Virus record (IMG/VR): IMGVR_UViG_3300031084_000003
Coordinates: 1-39,733 of that record
Source: a virus
Length of the DNA stretch: 39,733 nt
Strand: one strand, 5' to 3'
In this document: one piece after another, positions 31,027-39,681 of the stretch
How the letters are laid out: every line of letters begins with the position of its first letter
How positions within the stretch are numbered: the stretch's first letter is position 1
Notes under the pieces: model-generated
Databases searched by the model: none
What the model saw: only the letters and a program-made list of their open reading frames with translations
Told to the model about the DNA's origin: nothing
Position numbers and translations under genes: made by a program

Positions 31027-31353
31027 ATGCCGAACATGCCCCCAGAAAAAGACCCGACTTTCTGGGTCATTGTTGTTGCAGCCCTCAAGGATCACGGTTT
31101 TGCGGGCCTGCTGGCCTTCGGCCTGAGCTACATGCGGATCCTCTACGACGACAAAGAGCCGCGATGGGATCGCCAGTTGTTGGAGGCCGCTTTGGGCGGC
31201 GTTCTGACGTTCCTGGTCGGTATCGGTGTTGAGAAAGCTGGCTTGGGCGGCGGTTGGTCGTATGGCTTTGCCGGTGTGATCGGCGTCCTGGGTGTTGAGC
31301 AGGTTCGACAGTTCGGCCGTCGTTGGGCTGAGCGCAAGGCGGAAACCCTGTGA
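31027..31353 (+). CDS. Holin, lambda S-like class I with a dual-start motif
   Basis: GGGAGA SD before the ATG at 31027. MPNMPPEKD gives two Met codons 3 codons apart. Three hydrophobic segments and a charged C-terminus (RQFGRRWAERKAE). 108 aa. Confidence 0.75.
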   Translation: MPNMPPEKDPTFWVIVVAALKDHGFAGLLAFGLSYMRILYDDKEPRWDRQLLEAALGGVLTFLVGIGVEKAGLGGGWSYGFAGVIGVLGVEQVRQFGRRWAERKAETL

Positions 31354-31478
31354 GGGTCCGGCCGCTGGTGACGTTGTTGGTGGTCCTGCTGGCTTACGCC
31401 TTGACGGGGCATGTGGATTGTCGAGAGTCGGAAGCCTGCCAGGCACCGACCGTTACGCATAACGAGGTGATGAATTGA
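31350..31478 (+). CDS. Candidate 42-aa membrane peptide overlapping the holin stop (GTGA)
   Basis: MRVRPLVTLLVVLLAYALTG... Its stop overlaps the TTG start of the next ORF. It is below the ORF-track cut-off and contains the palindrome variant at 31451. Confidence 0.3.
   Translation: MRVRPLVTLLVVLLAYALTGHVDCRESEACQAPTVTHNEVMN
31451..31464. promoter_or_regulatory. Palindrome variant CGTTACGCATAACG, 11 nt upstream of the 31475 start
   Basis: One mismatch to the perfect 14-mer. Confidence 0.5.
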
Positions 31479-31846
31479 ATAAGTATCGAGTGACTGTGCC
31501 AGGTGGAACCGTTCATTTTGTCGAGGCTGAGCGAATGGAGTTGTTGGAAAGTACCCTCGCCTTGTTTGTTGGTCAGCTCATCAAAGCCCATTTTCCCGTG
31601 ATCGAGAGTGTGCTTGTGGATCTGGCGGTTGCGCAGCCTCAGGCCCTGATGGCTGGTGTTCCACTTTGCCGTGAGGTGCCGGCCGAGGCTGCTGTTTCGG
31701 CGCTGGGGATGGTTGACCTTCCTCCGACCGTCTCGATTGGCTCGATCCATATTGCTGTGGGTTCGATTGATGATGCCCGCGCTGCGCTGGCTTCGGCCCT
31801 GGCTGAGTTCCGCGCCTTTTGCCGTCATGAGGGCGTTCACCAATGA
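31475..31846 (+). CDS. Hypothetical protein (123 aa)
   Basis: TTG start preceded by GAGGTG. No motif recognised. Confidence 0.45.
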   Translation: MNKYRVTVPGGTVHFVEAERMELLESTLALFVGQLIKAHFPVIESVLVDLAVAQPQALMAGVPLCREVPAEAAVSALGMVDLPPTVSIGSIHIAVGSIDDARAALASALAEFRAFCRHEGVHQ

Positions 31847-32062
31847 AGTGATTCCAGGGCCTTCTCGGCCGCAAGAGACGATTAATCCCCTCGACAGGAA
31901 GCCGGTGCGCCGGCGGGATCGCTTGGCACGACGAGAGAATATCGGGCCCGGATTGCGCCAGTAGCTGCTGGCACCGACAGCGGGACAGTGTGCCCACGCG
32001 ATGCGGCCTGTTAGCACGGGCGCCGGATGCGTAACCGGCTCAATCATTCGAAAGGTGTCCGT

Positions 32063-32800
32063 ATGTTCAAGATCGATTTAGGGTTTGATTCTGCCCCGGT
32101 CACTGCGGGCATGCTGGAGCTGGAGAAAAAGCACCTGCCCTTCGTGGCGGCCCTGACCGCTACCCGGCTGGCCCAGCGGGTCAAGAAGGGCACCATTACG
32201 GTGATGCAGAAGCGCCTGGATCGGCCAACCCCGACCACGCTGAATAGCCTGTTTGTGAAGATGGCCACCAAGAGCCGGGCGGCCCAGGTCTATTTCAAAG
32301 ACTCTTGGGCGTCTGGTGTGCCTGCTGACACCTACCTACAGCAGGCGGTGAGTGGCGGTCTGCGGCCTCACAAGCGCTTTGAAAAGTCGCTTATTGCGCA
32401 CGGCATCATGCGTAGCGGCCAATATGCGGTGCCCACCACGGCTTTTATGAACCAATACGGCAACGTGTCGCGAGGCACGATGCTGAAAATCCTGTCGGGC
32501 CTGGGGGCTGCTGAGTCAAAGCGGGGCTATCAGGCGAATGCCAGCGGCAGTGCCAAGAGTCGACGCAAGGGGAATGCCCATCGCTATTTCTCTGGTGATG
32601 TCGACGGCACGCAGGGTGTGTGGGAGCGCAAGTCTATGGGTATGGGCGATGCGGTGCGGCCGGTGTTCATCTTTGCCGACTCGGCCCCGCGATATCGCAC
32701 CATCTTTCCGTTCTTCAAGATCGCCGAGAACATCGTGAAGGCCAACCGAGAGGAAGAGTTCGCGGCCGCCTGGGCGCAGGCCCTGGGCAGTTCGCGCTGA
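32063..32800 (+). CDS. Hypothetical protein (245 aa), possibly virion-associated
   Basis: ATG at 32063 (AAAGGTG SD) within ORF 32027..32800. It lies just upstream of the cos/terS region. No motif confidently recognised. Confidence 0.6.
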   Translation: MFKIDLGFDSAPVTAGMLELEKKHLPFVAALTATRLAQRVKKGTITVMQKRLDRPTPTTLNSLFVKMATKSRAAQVYFKDSWASGVPADTYLQQAVSGGLRPHKRFEKSLIAHGIMRSGQYAVPTTAFMNQYGNVSRGTMLKILSGLGAAESKRGYQANASGSAKSRRKGNAHRYFSGDVDGTQGVWERKSMGMGDAVRPVFIFADSAPRYRTIFPFFKIAENIVKANREEEFAAAWAQALGSSR

Positions 32801-32863
32801 GGTGCGTCATGGGAGCGGAAAGGGTGAAAAAAGACGGCTTTTCGTCGTCTTTCTGCGTTTTTT

Positions 32864-32945
32864 GGCTTGACAAGCCCCCCCGGGGGCAAAAACCAAAAGG
32901 TACTCCCGGACCCCACCCCCTAAGGGGGTAATTCGGGCCCCGCCT
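32864..32945. other. Candidate cos / packaging-recognition region
   Basis: ORF-free stretch just upstream of the Nu1-like terS. It carries a C7G5 run (32875..32886) and the palindrome ACCCCCTAAGGGGGT (32915..32929). Confidence 0.35.
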
Positions 32946-32986
32946 CATCGCTATGTATGACCCTTTTCCAGAGGTTGGTTGTTGTT

Positions 32987-33538
32987 ATGTCTTCGAAGAT
33001 CACCACCATCACGCGTCAGCCGGGATGGCTGAACAAGAAGAACATGGCCGACAGCCTCGGAATTTCAGTGCAAGCCTTTGATAAATGGGACGTCGCGGCA
33101 GTCGCGAAGATCGGCCGCGAGTCGTTTTATGACGTCCGGTCGGTGCTGGATAACCGCCTGCAACACCAGACCGGCAAGCAACAACCTGGCGCCGATGAAG
33201 TCGATCCGCTGATTAGTTACAAGATCGATTGCGAACGGTTGCGCCTGACCAAAGAGCAGGCCGACGCCCAGGCGCGCAAAAACAAGGTCGGCGACAAGGA
33301 GCTTGTGCCGGTCGGTTTCATGATTTTTGCCCTGTCCAGTTTGTCGGCGCAGTTGGCCTCAACCCTTAATACCATTCCCAAGAGCGTAAAGCGCAAGCAT
33401 CCCGATATTGCCGTGCGTCACCTCGACGCCGTAGAAACCGAGATTGCCGTTACGCGTAACGCTGCCGTGGGTTTGGCTGACCGCGTGCCGGAGCTTCTGG
33501 ATGAGTACATCGCCTCTTTGGATGAGGCCACTGGTTGA
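32987..33538 (+). CDS. nu1: Terminase small subunit, lambda Nu1-like
   Basis: From the ATG at 32987. WLNKKNMADSLGISVQAFDKWDV........GRESFYDVRSV matches the Nu1 winged-HTH N-terminus pattern. Confidence 0.8.
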   Translation: MSSKITTITRQPGWLNKKNMADSLGISVQAFDKWDVAAVAKIGRESFYDVRSVLDNRLQHQTGKQQPGADEVDPLISYKIDCERLRLTKEQADAQARKNKVGDKELVPVGFMIFALSSLSAQLASTLNTIPKSVKRKHPDIAVRHLDAVETEIAVTRNAAVGLADRVPELLDEYIASLDEATG

Positions 33539-35573
33539 CGCTGTCCGGCGCGGGCTGAAAAGCCTCAAAAAAGACGCCCCGATGACAGCGGTCGAGTGGG
33601 CAGACGAATACTTCTACATGTCCTCGGAATCGTCCTACGGAGAAGGCAAGTGGACGACCGAGGCCTTTCAGGTGCCTTTGCTCAACGCAATGGGCAATGA
33701 CCTGATCGAAGAACTGAACCTGCTGAAGTCGGCGCGGGTTGGCTACACAAAAATGCTCGTGGCGAACATCGCCTACAAGATCGAGCATAAGAAACGCAGC
33801 GTCTGCATGTGGAGTCCGACAGACGACGACGCCAAAGACATCATGAAAAAGCACGTCGACCCGATGATTCGGGACGTGCCGGTGATCAAAGCGTTGGCGC
33901 CCTGGTGCGGCAAGAAGCACGGCGACAACACCCAAGAATCCAAGGTGTTTGAAAACCGCAAAGTGTTGTGGTGGTTGGGCGGTACAGCTGGCGGCAACTA
34001 CCGGGAGAAAAGCCCGGATGAGGTGGGCTACGACGAGCTGTCGAACTTCGATGAAGACATTGATGGCGAGGGGTCGCCGACCTTTCTGGGCGATAAACGC
34101 CTTGAGGGTGCGACCTACCCGAAGTCAATCCGGGGTTCCACGCCCAAGCTGGCGGGCACCTGCCAAATCACACGTGCGGCCGAGGAATCGGCTTACCTGA
34201 TGCGCTTCCATATTCGCTGCCCGCATTGCCGTACCGAGCAGACCCTAAAGTGGGGAGGCCCGGAAGAAGCGTTTGGCATCAAGTGGCTGAAAGACGAGCG
34301 GGGTGAGGTGGTCAAGGCCTGGTATCTGTGCGAGTCCGGCCATGGCTGCACGTTCGAACACTACGAAATGATCGAGGCGTCACGATCTGGTCGCTACATC
34401 TGCGAAAAAACCGGGATTTGGACGCGTGACAGCATGGAGTGGTTCGAAGCGGATGACGCGCCGATGCGCACGCCGCGCCGTCTGACGTTCCATATCTGGA
34501 CGGTTTATTCAACGTTTACGACCTGGGTAAAGATCGCTGACGAGCGCGTGAAGGCTGGCAAGGATAGGGGCAAGCTCAAGACCTTCACCAACACCACGCT
34601 GGGCGAGACGTGGGAAGAAGATCAGACCGAGAAGGTCGATTGGGAATTGCTGCATGGCCGGCGTGAGGTTTACGCCGCCCAGGTGCCGCCGCGCGTTGTT
34701 GTTCTGACAGGCGCGATCGACACCCAGGACGACCGTTACGAGTTGCGGGTATGGGGCTGGGGTGCGGGTGAGGAAGCTTGGCTAATTGACCGCAAGATTC
34801 TGTACGGCGATCCATCAAGCGCGGTTCTCAAGCGCAAGGTAGGTCGAGAGCTGCACCGCATGTACACCCGCGCCGATGGCGCGGTTATGCGGATCGAGCG
34901 TTGGTGCTGGGACTCCGGTGGCCACCACTCGGACGCTGTCCGCGCCGAAAGTCGCAAGCATGGCGTGCATTGGGTGATCCCTATTTTCGGGGCCAGCACT
35001 TACGGCAAGCCGATTGCGAGCTTCCCAAGGCGCAAGGAGAAGAAATCTAAAACCTATCTGACCGAAGTCGGTACGGATAACGCCAAAGAGGTGATTTACA
35101 ACCGCCTCAAGCTGCAACCGGACGGCAATCGCCCGGTGCCGGGTCTGGTGCACTTTCCGGCAGACGACCTGATCTGTGACGGCGACGAGCTGAAACAGCT
35201 AACCAGTGAAACGAAGAAATGGATCATGGCCCGAGGGCGCCGCGTGCTTCGCTGGGATGCCAGCAAAAAGCGCAACGAGGCGCTCGACTGCTTTGTGTAC
35301 GCCTTGGCGGCGCTGCGTATCTGCCAAGAGAAGTTCGGCCTCGATCTTGAGTATCTGGCCCGCCAGAGCTCGGCAACGGATGACGAGGACGAGCCTGACG
35401 AGCCGGACGAGCCGGACGATTCAGACGAGTCGGACCACATCGATGAACCACAAGCGCCGGCCGCTGAGCCGGAGCCAGAACCTGAGCCGGCCCCTGCGCC
35501 GATCCAACCTCAACCAGACCACCAGTCTGCCGCCGGCGGCTGGATTGATACAGGAGCGAGCGCATGGCTGTGA
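33522..35573 (+). CDS. A: Terminase large subunit, lambda gpA-like
   Basis: About 683 aa. The N-terminus VEWADEYFYMSSESSYGEGKWTTEAFQVPLLNAMGND...KSARVGYTKML is the GpA pattern. The start (33522 or 33501) overlaps the terS end. The acidic Pro/Glu/Asp C-terminal tail is unusual. Confidence 0.9.
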   Translation: MRPLVDAVRRGLKSLKKDAPMTAVEWADEYFYMSSESSYGEGKWTTEAFQVPLLNAMGNDLIEELNLLKSARVGYTKMLVANIAYKIEHKKRSVCMWSPTDDDAKDIMKKHVDPMIRDVPVIKALAPWCGKKHGDNTQESKVFENRKVLWWLGGTAGGNYREKSPDEVGYDELSNFDEDIDGEGSPTFLGDKRLEGATYPKSIRGSTPKLAGTCQITRAAEESAYLMRFHIRCPHCRTEQTLKWGGPEEAFGIKWLKDERGEVVKAWYLCESGHGCTFEHYEMIEASRSGRYICEKTGIWTRDSMEWFEADDAPMRTPRRLTFHIWTVYSTFTTWVKIADERVKAGKDRGKLKTFTNTTLGETWEEDQTEKVDWELLHGRREVYAAQVPPRVVVLTGAIDTQDDRYELRVWGWGAGEEAWLIDRKILYGDPSSAVLKRKVGRELHRMYTRADGAVMRIERWCWDSGGHHSDAVRAESRKHGVHWVIPIFGASTYGKPIASFPRRKEKKSKTYLTEVGTDNAKEVIYNRLKLQPDGNRPVPGLVHFPADDLICDGDELKQLTSETKKWIMARGRRVLRWDASKKRNEALDCFVYALAALRICQEKFGLDLEYLARQSSATDDEDEPDEPDEPDDSDESDHIDEPQAPAAEPEPEPEPAPAPIQPQPDHQSAAGGWIDTGASAWL

Positions 35574-35770
35574 CAGCGCAGGATATGGTCGACAAGTACC
35601 TTCAGGCCGAAATGGACGTGTTGGCCGGTAAAGACGTGCAGTTCAACGGACGGCGCGTGGTTATGTCGGATCTGCCGTCGATTATCAAAGGCCGGCAGGA
35701 ATGGGAGCGCCGTGTGGTGCAGGTACAGCGCGGAGGTCGCCCGGCTTATTCCCTGGCGTCGTTTGAATGA
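35564..35770 (+). CDS. W: Head-tail joining protein, lambda gpW-like
   Basis: 68 aa between terL and the portal gene. AGGAG SD. Confidence 0.8.
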   Translation: MAVTAQDMVDKYLQAEMDVLAGKDVQFNGRRVVMSDLPSIIKGRQEWERRVVQVQRGGRPAYSLASFE

Positions 35771-37302
35771 ACCTGCTGGACAAAGCCCTGGCGCCGATGT
35801 TTCCGGGGATGGTCGCCCAGCGACTACGAGCGCGGAACGTGATAATGGCCTTCGAAGCCGCCACGGTCACGCGCACGCACAAAGCCAAAAAGCAGACGAA
35901 AAGCGCCGACGCTTCGCTGAATCGCACGCTCAAATCACTGCGCGAGCAGTGCCGCAAGCTGGACGAAGATCACGATCTTGTCACGGGCCTATTAGATCGC
36001 CTGGAAGAGCGAGTGGTGGGTGGGCCAGGCATTGCCGTTGAGCCGATTCCGATGGGCTATGACGGTGCGATAAATGTCGAGTTTGCAGCGCAAATCAAGG
36101 CGCTGTGGGGGGAGTGGTCACTTAAGCCCGAGGCGTCTGGTGAACTGACTCGGCCGCAAATGGAGCGGCTTATCTGTCGCACCTGGCTGCGCGATGGCGA
36201 GGCCTTGGCGCAAATGCTGATGGGCAATGTGGCCGGCTACGAGCATCTGCACGGCGTACCGTTTGCCCTGGAGTTGTTGGAACCGGATTACTTGCCCGTT
36301 GAGTACACCGACCTGTCCAAGGGCATCGTGCAGGGCGTTGAGCGCAACGACTGGCGCCGGGTGCGTGCTTATCACTTGCTCAAGTCGCACCCAGGCGATC
36401 AGCGCGGCATTTTTGCGCAGAACACCAAGCGCGTCCCGGCAGAGCAAATGATTCACATCGCGCACCGTAAACGCATTGGTCAGAACCGTGGCCAGCCGCT
36501 GCTACATGCCGTTTTGATCCGCCTGGCGGACATCAAGGATTACGAGGAAAGCGAACGGGTGGCGGCGCGGATCAGTGCGGCGTTGGCCATGTACATCAAG
36601 AAGGGCAATAACGAGGACTTTATCCCCCCGGTCAGCGGTGAGGTTCGTGCTGAGCGAACTTTCCCGCTCGCGCCCGGGATCGTGGTCGACAGCCTGTTGC
36701 CAGGTGAAGACGTCGGGATGATCGAAAGCAACCGTCCGAACACGTTCCTTGAGGGATACCGCAACGGCCAGCTCAAGGCGGTAGCGGCGGGTACGCGCGG
36801 CACCTTTTCCAGTGTTGCGCGCAGTTATGACGGTACCTACTCGGCACAGCGCCAGGAACTGGTCGAAGGCCAGTTGGGTTACGACCTGCTGCAGCATGAG
36901 TTCATTGACTACTGGTGCCGCCCCGTTTATCGAAAATGGCTCGAAATAGCGATTCTTAGCGGCCAACTGGTTGTGCCCGATAGCGTTGACCCTAAGACGG
37001 TCTATGGGGCGTTTTATCAAGGCCCGGTGATGCCCTGGATCAATCCGGTGCATGAGGCCACGGCGTGGAAGCTTCTGGTTGAGGCCGGCTTTGCAGATGA
37101 GGCCGAAGTGGCCCGGTCGCGGCAGCGCAACCCTTCAGAACTCAAGGCATCGCGCACGGCGGAAGTTGCCGCGAACCGCGAGAACGGGCTGGTTTACAGC
37201 TCGGACTACTACCACCAAATCTACGGGAAGAATCAGCCCAATGATGAAGAAAAACAACGGGCCGCTGATGCGGCCACGGGCGTCGATCAGCGCGACGAAT
37301 AA
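35767..37302 (+). CDS. B: Portal protein, lambda gpB family
   Basis: 511 aa. ATGA overlap with W. Size and position as for lambda B. Confidence 0.9.
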   Translation: MNLLDKALAPMFPGMVAQRLRARNVIMAFEAATVTRTHKAKKQTKSADASLNRTLKSLREQCRKLDEDHDLVTGLLDRLEERVVGGPGIAVEPIPMGYDGAINVEFAAQIKALWGEWSLKPEASGELTRPQMERLICRTWLRDGEALAQMLMGNVAGYEHLHGVPFALELLEPDYLPVEYTDLSKGIVQGVERNDWRRVRAYHLLKSHPGDQRGIFAQNTKRVPAEQMIHIAHRKRIGQNRGQPLLHAVLIRLADIKDYEESERVAARISAALAMYIKKGNNEDFIPPVSGEVRAERTFPLAPGIVVDSLLPGEDVGMIESNRPNTFLEGYRNGQLKAVAAGTRGTFSSVARSYDGTYSAQRQELVEGQLGYDLLQHEFIDYWCRPVYRKWLEIAILSGQLVVPDSVDPKTVYGAFYQGPVMPWINPVHEATAWKLLVEAGFADEAEVARSRQRNPSELKASRTAEVAANRENGLVYSSDYYHQIYGKNQPNDEEKQRAADAATGVDQRDE

Positions 37303-39298
37303 GCCCGAGGAAAGTTGGTATTCCATCCGAGCTGCGTCGCGGGGGGTGGCCGAAATCATGCTCTACGACGACATCGGCGCGTGGGGGATCTCGGCTCGCC
37401 AGTTCGCGCGCGATCTTGCTGCACTCGGTGACGTGTCACAAATCAACCTGCGGATTCATTCAGGCGGTGGTGACGTGATGGACGGCACGGCCATGTACAA
37501 CATTTTGCGCGGCCATTCGGCCCGCGTAGAGGTGTACATCGACGGCATGGCCGCGTCGATGGCCAGCGTTGTCGCGATGGCGGGTGACGTGATCTACATG
37601 CCGGCCAACTCCATGATGATGATCCACAAACCATGGGGCGGGCAGATTGGCGATGCCGACGACCTGCGCGAATACGCCGACTTGCTCGACAAGGTCGAGG
37701 GCACGTTGGTGCAGGCCTATGCACGTAAGACGGGCAAATCTGCCGAGGAAATCGCGGCAATGCTCAAGGTAACAACGTGGATGGATGGAAACGAAGCGGT
37801 GGCGGCCGGCTTCGCGGATCAGGTGTTAGAGCCTATCAAGGCCGCCGCACAACTTAATTCGAAACGTCTGGAGGAATACACCAGCATGCCTCAAACAATG
37901 CACACCTTGATGAATCCGCGCGGTTCGATTCCTGCACCTGCACCTGCACCTGCACCTGCACCTGCACCAGCCCCTGCCCCGGTCGCTACCCTGACGCCGG
38001 ATCAAATCCGCGCCCAGGTGTTGGCCGATGAGGTGTCCCGTCGTGGCGGCATTGTGGCGGCCTTCGGTGCTTTCGGCGCCGCTCATGCGGATCTGCTGCG
38101 CACTTGCCAGGATGACGTCACTTGCACGGTCGCCCAGGCGCGCGAGCAACTACTGGCGGCAATGGGTGCGGGCACTGCGCCTGTCGCTTCCCTGCGTCAC
38201 CCTGGCCACGTCGGCAACGGCAATCTGGTAGGTGACTCGGTACAAGCGTCGTTGCTGGGCCGCCTGGGCATCGAAGCCAACCAAGCAGACAACGCTTATA
38301 ACCACATGACTTTGCGCGAACTGGCCCGTGCTTCGCTGCATGATCGCGGTATCGGGGTGGCGACTCTACGCCCGATGGATATGGTCGGTCTGGCGTTTAC
38401 CCACGATGCCAGCGACTTCGGCAACATCCTGTTGGATGCCTCGCACCGTTCGCTGCTTGCGGGCTGGGAAGATGCCGAAGAGACCTATCACTTGTGGACT
38501 CGCCAAGGCCGTTTGAGCGATTTTAAGGTGGCCAACCGCGTCGGCCTGGGTTCGTTCTCGACCCTGCGTGAAGTTCGCCCAGGTGCTGAATACAAGTACA
38601 TCACCCTCGGTGACACCGGCGAGACGATCCGCCTGGCCACTTACGGCGAAATCTTCAGCATCAACCGTCAGGCGATCATCAACGATGACCTCGACGCCTT
38701 GAGCGCGATCCCGCGGTTGATGGGCGCCGCAGCCCGCGCGACTATCGGTGATCTGGTGTATGACACCCTGATCAATAACGGCAAGATGAAGGACGGCAAG
38801 CCACTGTTCGACGCCTCGCGTAAAAATCTGTTTTCCGGCGCCGGTTCGGCGCTATCGATCGCGGCCATGAGTACGGCCAAGACCGCTATGGCGTTGCAGA
38901 AGGGCAAGCCGGCCAAGGAAGGTGAGAAGAACCGTACATTGAATGTGCGTCCTGCTTACCTCTTGTGCCCCGTGGCCCTGGAAGATCAGGCCAACCAGTT
39001 GATCCGCTCCACGTCGGTGCCAACTGCCCAGGTCAACGCCGGCGTGGTCAACCCAATCCAGAACTTCGCCCAAGTAATCGGCGAGCCGCGCCTGGACGAC
39101 AATTCGTCCTCGACTTGGTATCTGGCTGCGAAGCAGGGTAGCGACACCATCGAAGTGGCTTATCTGGATGGCGTCGACGTGCCATACATCGACCAGATGG
39201 AAGGTTTTACCAGCGACGGTATCGCGACGAAGGTTCGTATTGACGCTGGCGTCTCTGCGCTCGATGCGCGAGGCCTGAACAAGTCTGTCGGCGCGTAA
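37241..39298 (+). CDS. Prohead protease (ClpP-like) / major capsid protein fusion
   Basis: From the ATG at 37241 inside ORF 37052..39298. N-terminal ClpP-type motifs (INLRIHSGGGDVMDG, GMAASMASVV, MMIHKPW), a (PA)n linker, and a C-terminal roughly 370-aa capsid-like domain. Confidence 0.85.
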   Translation: MMKKNNGPLMRPRASISATNKPEESWYSIRAASRGVAEIMLYDDIGAWGISARQFARDLAALGDVSQINLRIHSGGGDVMDGTAMYNILRGHSARVEVYIDGMAASMASVVAMAGDVIYMPANSMMMIHKPWGGQIGDADDLREYADLLDKVEGTLVQAYARKTGKSAEEIAAMLKVTTWMDGNEAVAAGFADQVLEPIKAAAQLNSKRLEEYTSMPQTMHTLMNPRGSIPAPAPAPAPAPAPAPAPVATLTPDQIRAQVLADEVSRRGGIVAAFGAFGAAHADLLRTCQDDVTCTVAQAREQLLAAMGAGTAPVASLRHPGHVGNGNLVGDSVQASLLGRLGIEANQADNAYNHMTLRELARASLHDRGIGVATLRPMDMVGLAFTHDASDFGNILLDASHRSLLAGWEDAEETYHLWTRQGRLSDFKVANRVGLGSFSTLREVRPGAEYKYITLGDTGETIRLATYGEIFSINRQAIINDDLDALSAIPRLMGAAARATIGDLVYDTLINNGKMKDGKPLFDASRKNLFSGAGSALSIAAMSTAKTAMALQKGKPAKEGEKNRTLNVRPAYLLCPVALEDQANQLIRSTSVPTAQVNAGVVNPIQNFAQVIGEPRLDDNSSSTWYLAAKQGSDTIEVAYLDGVDVPYIDQMEGFTSDGIATKVRIDAGVSALDARGLNKSVGA
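37931..37981 (+). repeat. Tandem hexanucleotide repeat (CCTGCA)n encoding the (Pro-Ala)n linker
   Basis: Six perfect CCTGCA units followed by degenerate units, read directly. Confidence 0.9.
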
Positions 39299-39317
39299 CT
39301 CGCCGTCCACCCCCAAA

Positions 39318-39346
39318 GCCCCGCCTAGTGCGGGGTTTGTTGTTTC
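39318..39346 (+). terminator. Hairpin plus T-rich tract after the capsid gene
   Basis: GCCCCGC-ctagt-GCGGGG followed by TTTGTTGTTT. The downstream GTTTCTGGA motif is also found after the 6827 hairpin. Confidence 0.55.
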
Positions 39347-39360
39347 TGGATAGGAGAAAA

Positions 39361-39681
39361 ATGGCCATGGCCACGAATCATGTAAGCAGTGGTGAAACCG
39401 TTACGCTGCCGGCCCCAACTGGCGGTTCTGTCGCCGGCATTCCGCAGATGATCAACGATCTGGCGGTGATCCCGATGAGTACCGGTCCCAAGGGAACGAT
39501 CATCGTTTACCGCCTCTGTGGCGTCTGGAGCGTCCCGGCGGATGCGGCTCTGAAAGCTGGCATGAAAGCCAACGTCAAGGCGGGCGCGCTGGTGCTGCCT
39601 GCCACCGCTGACTCGTTCCCGTTCGGCAAAATGCAGTCTGATTCCGTCGGTGGTTATGCCGACGTGCTGATCGTTCAGTAA
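39361..39681 (+). CDS. Small head protein, DUF2190-like (decoration/cement candidate)
   Basis: ATG at 39361 preceded by AGGAGAAAA. 106 aa, beta-rich, directly after the capsid gene as in Gifsy/lambda-like heads. Confidence 0.7.
   Translation: MAMATNHVSSGETVTLPAPTGGSVAGIPQMINDLAVIPMSTGPKGTIIVYRLCGVWSVPADAALKAGMKANVKAGALVLPATADSFPFGKMQSDSVGGYADVLIVQ

Noticed and set aside
37922-37932. GGTTCGATTCC, a perfect tRNA T-arm consensus, as a possible tRNA fragment or attP core
   Set aside because: It lies in frame inside the protease-capsid gene (encoding RGSIP). It has no flanking acceptor-stem or CCA-like sequence and is far from the integrase.
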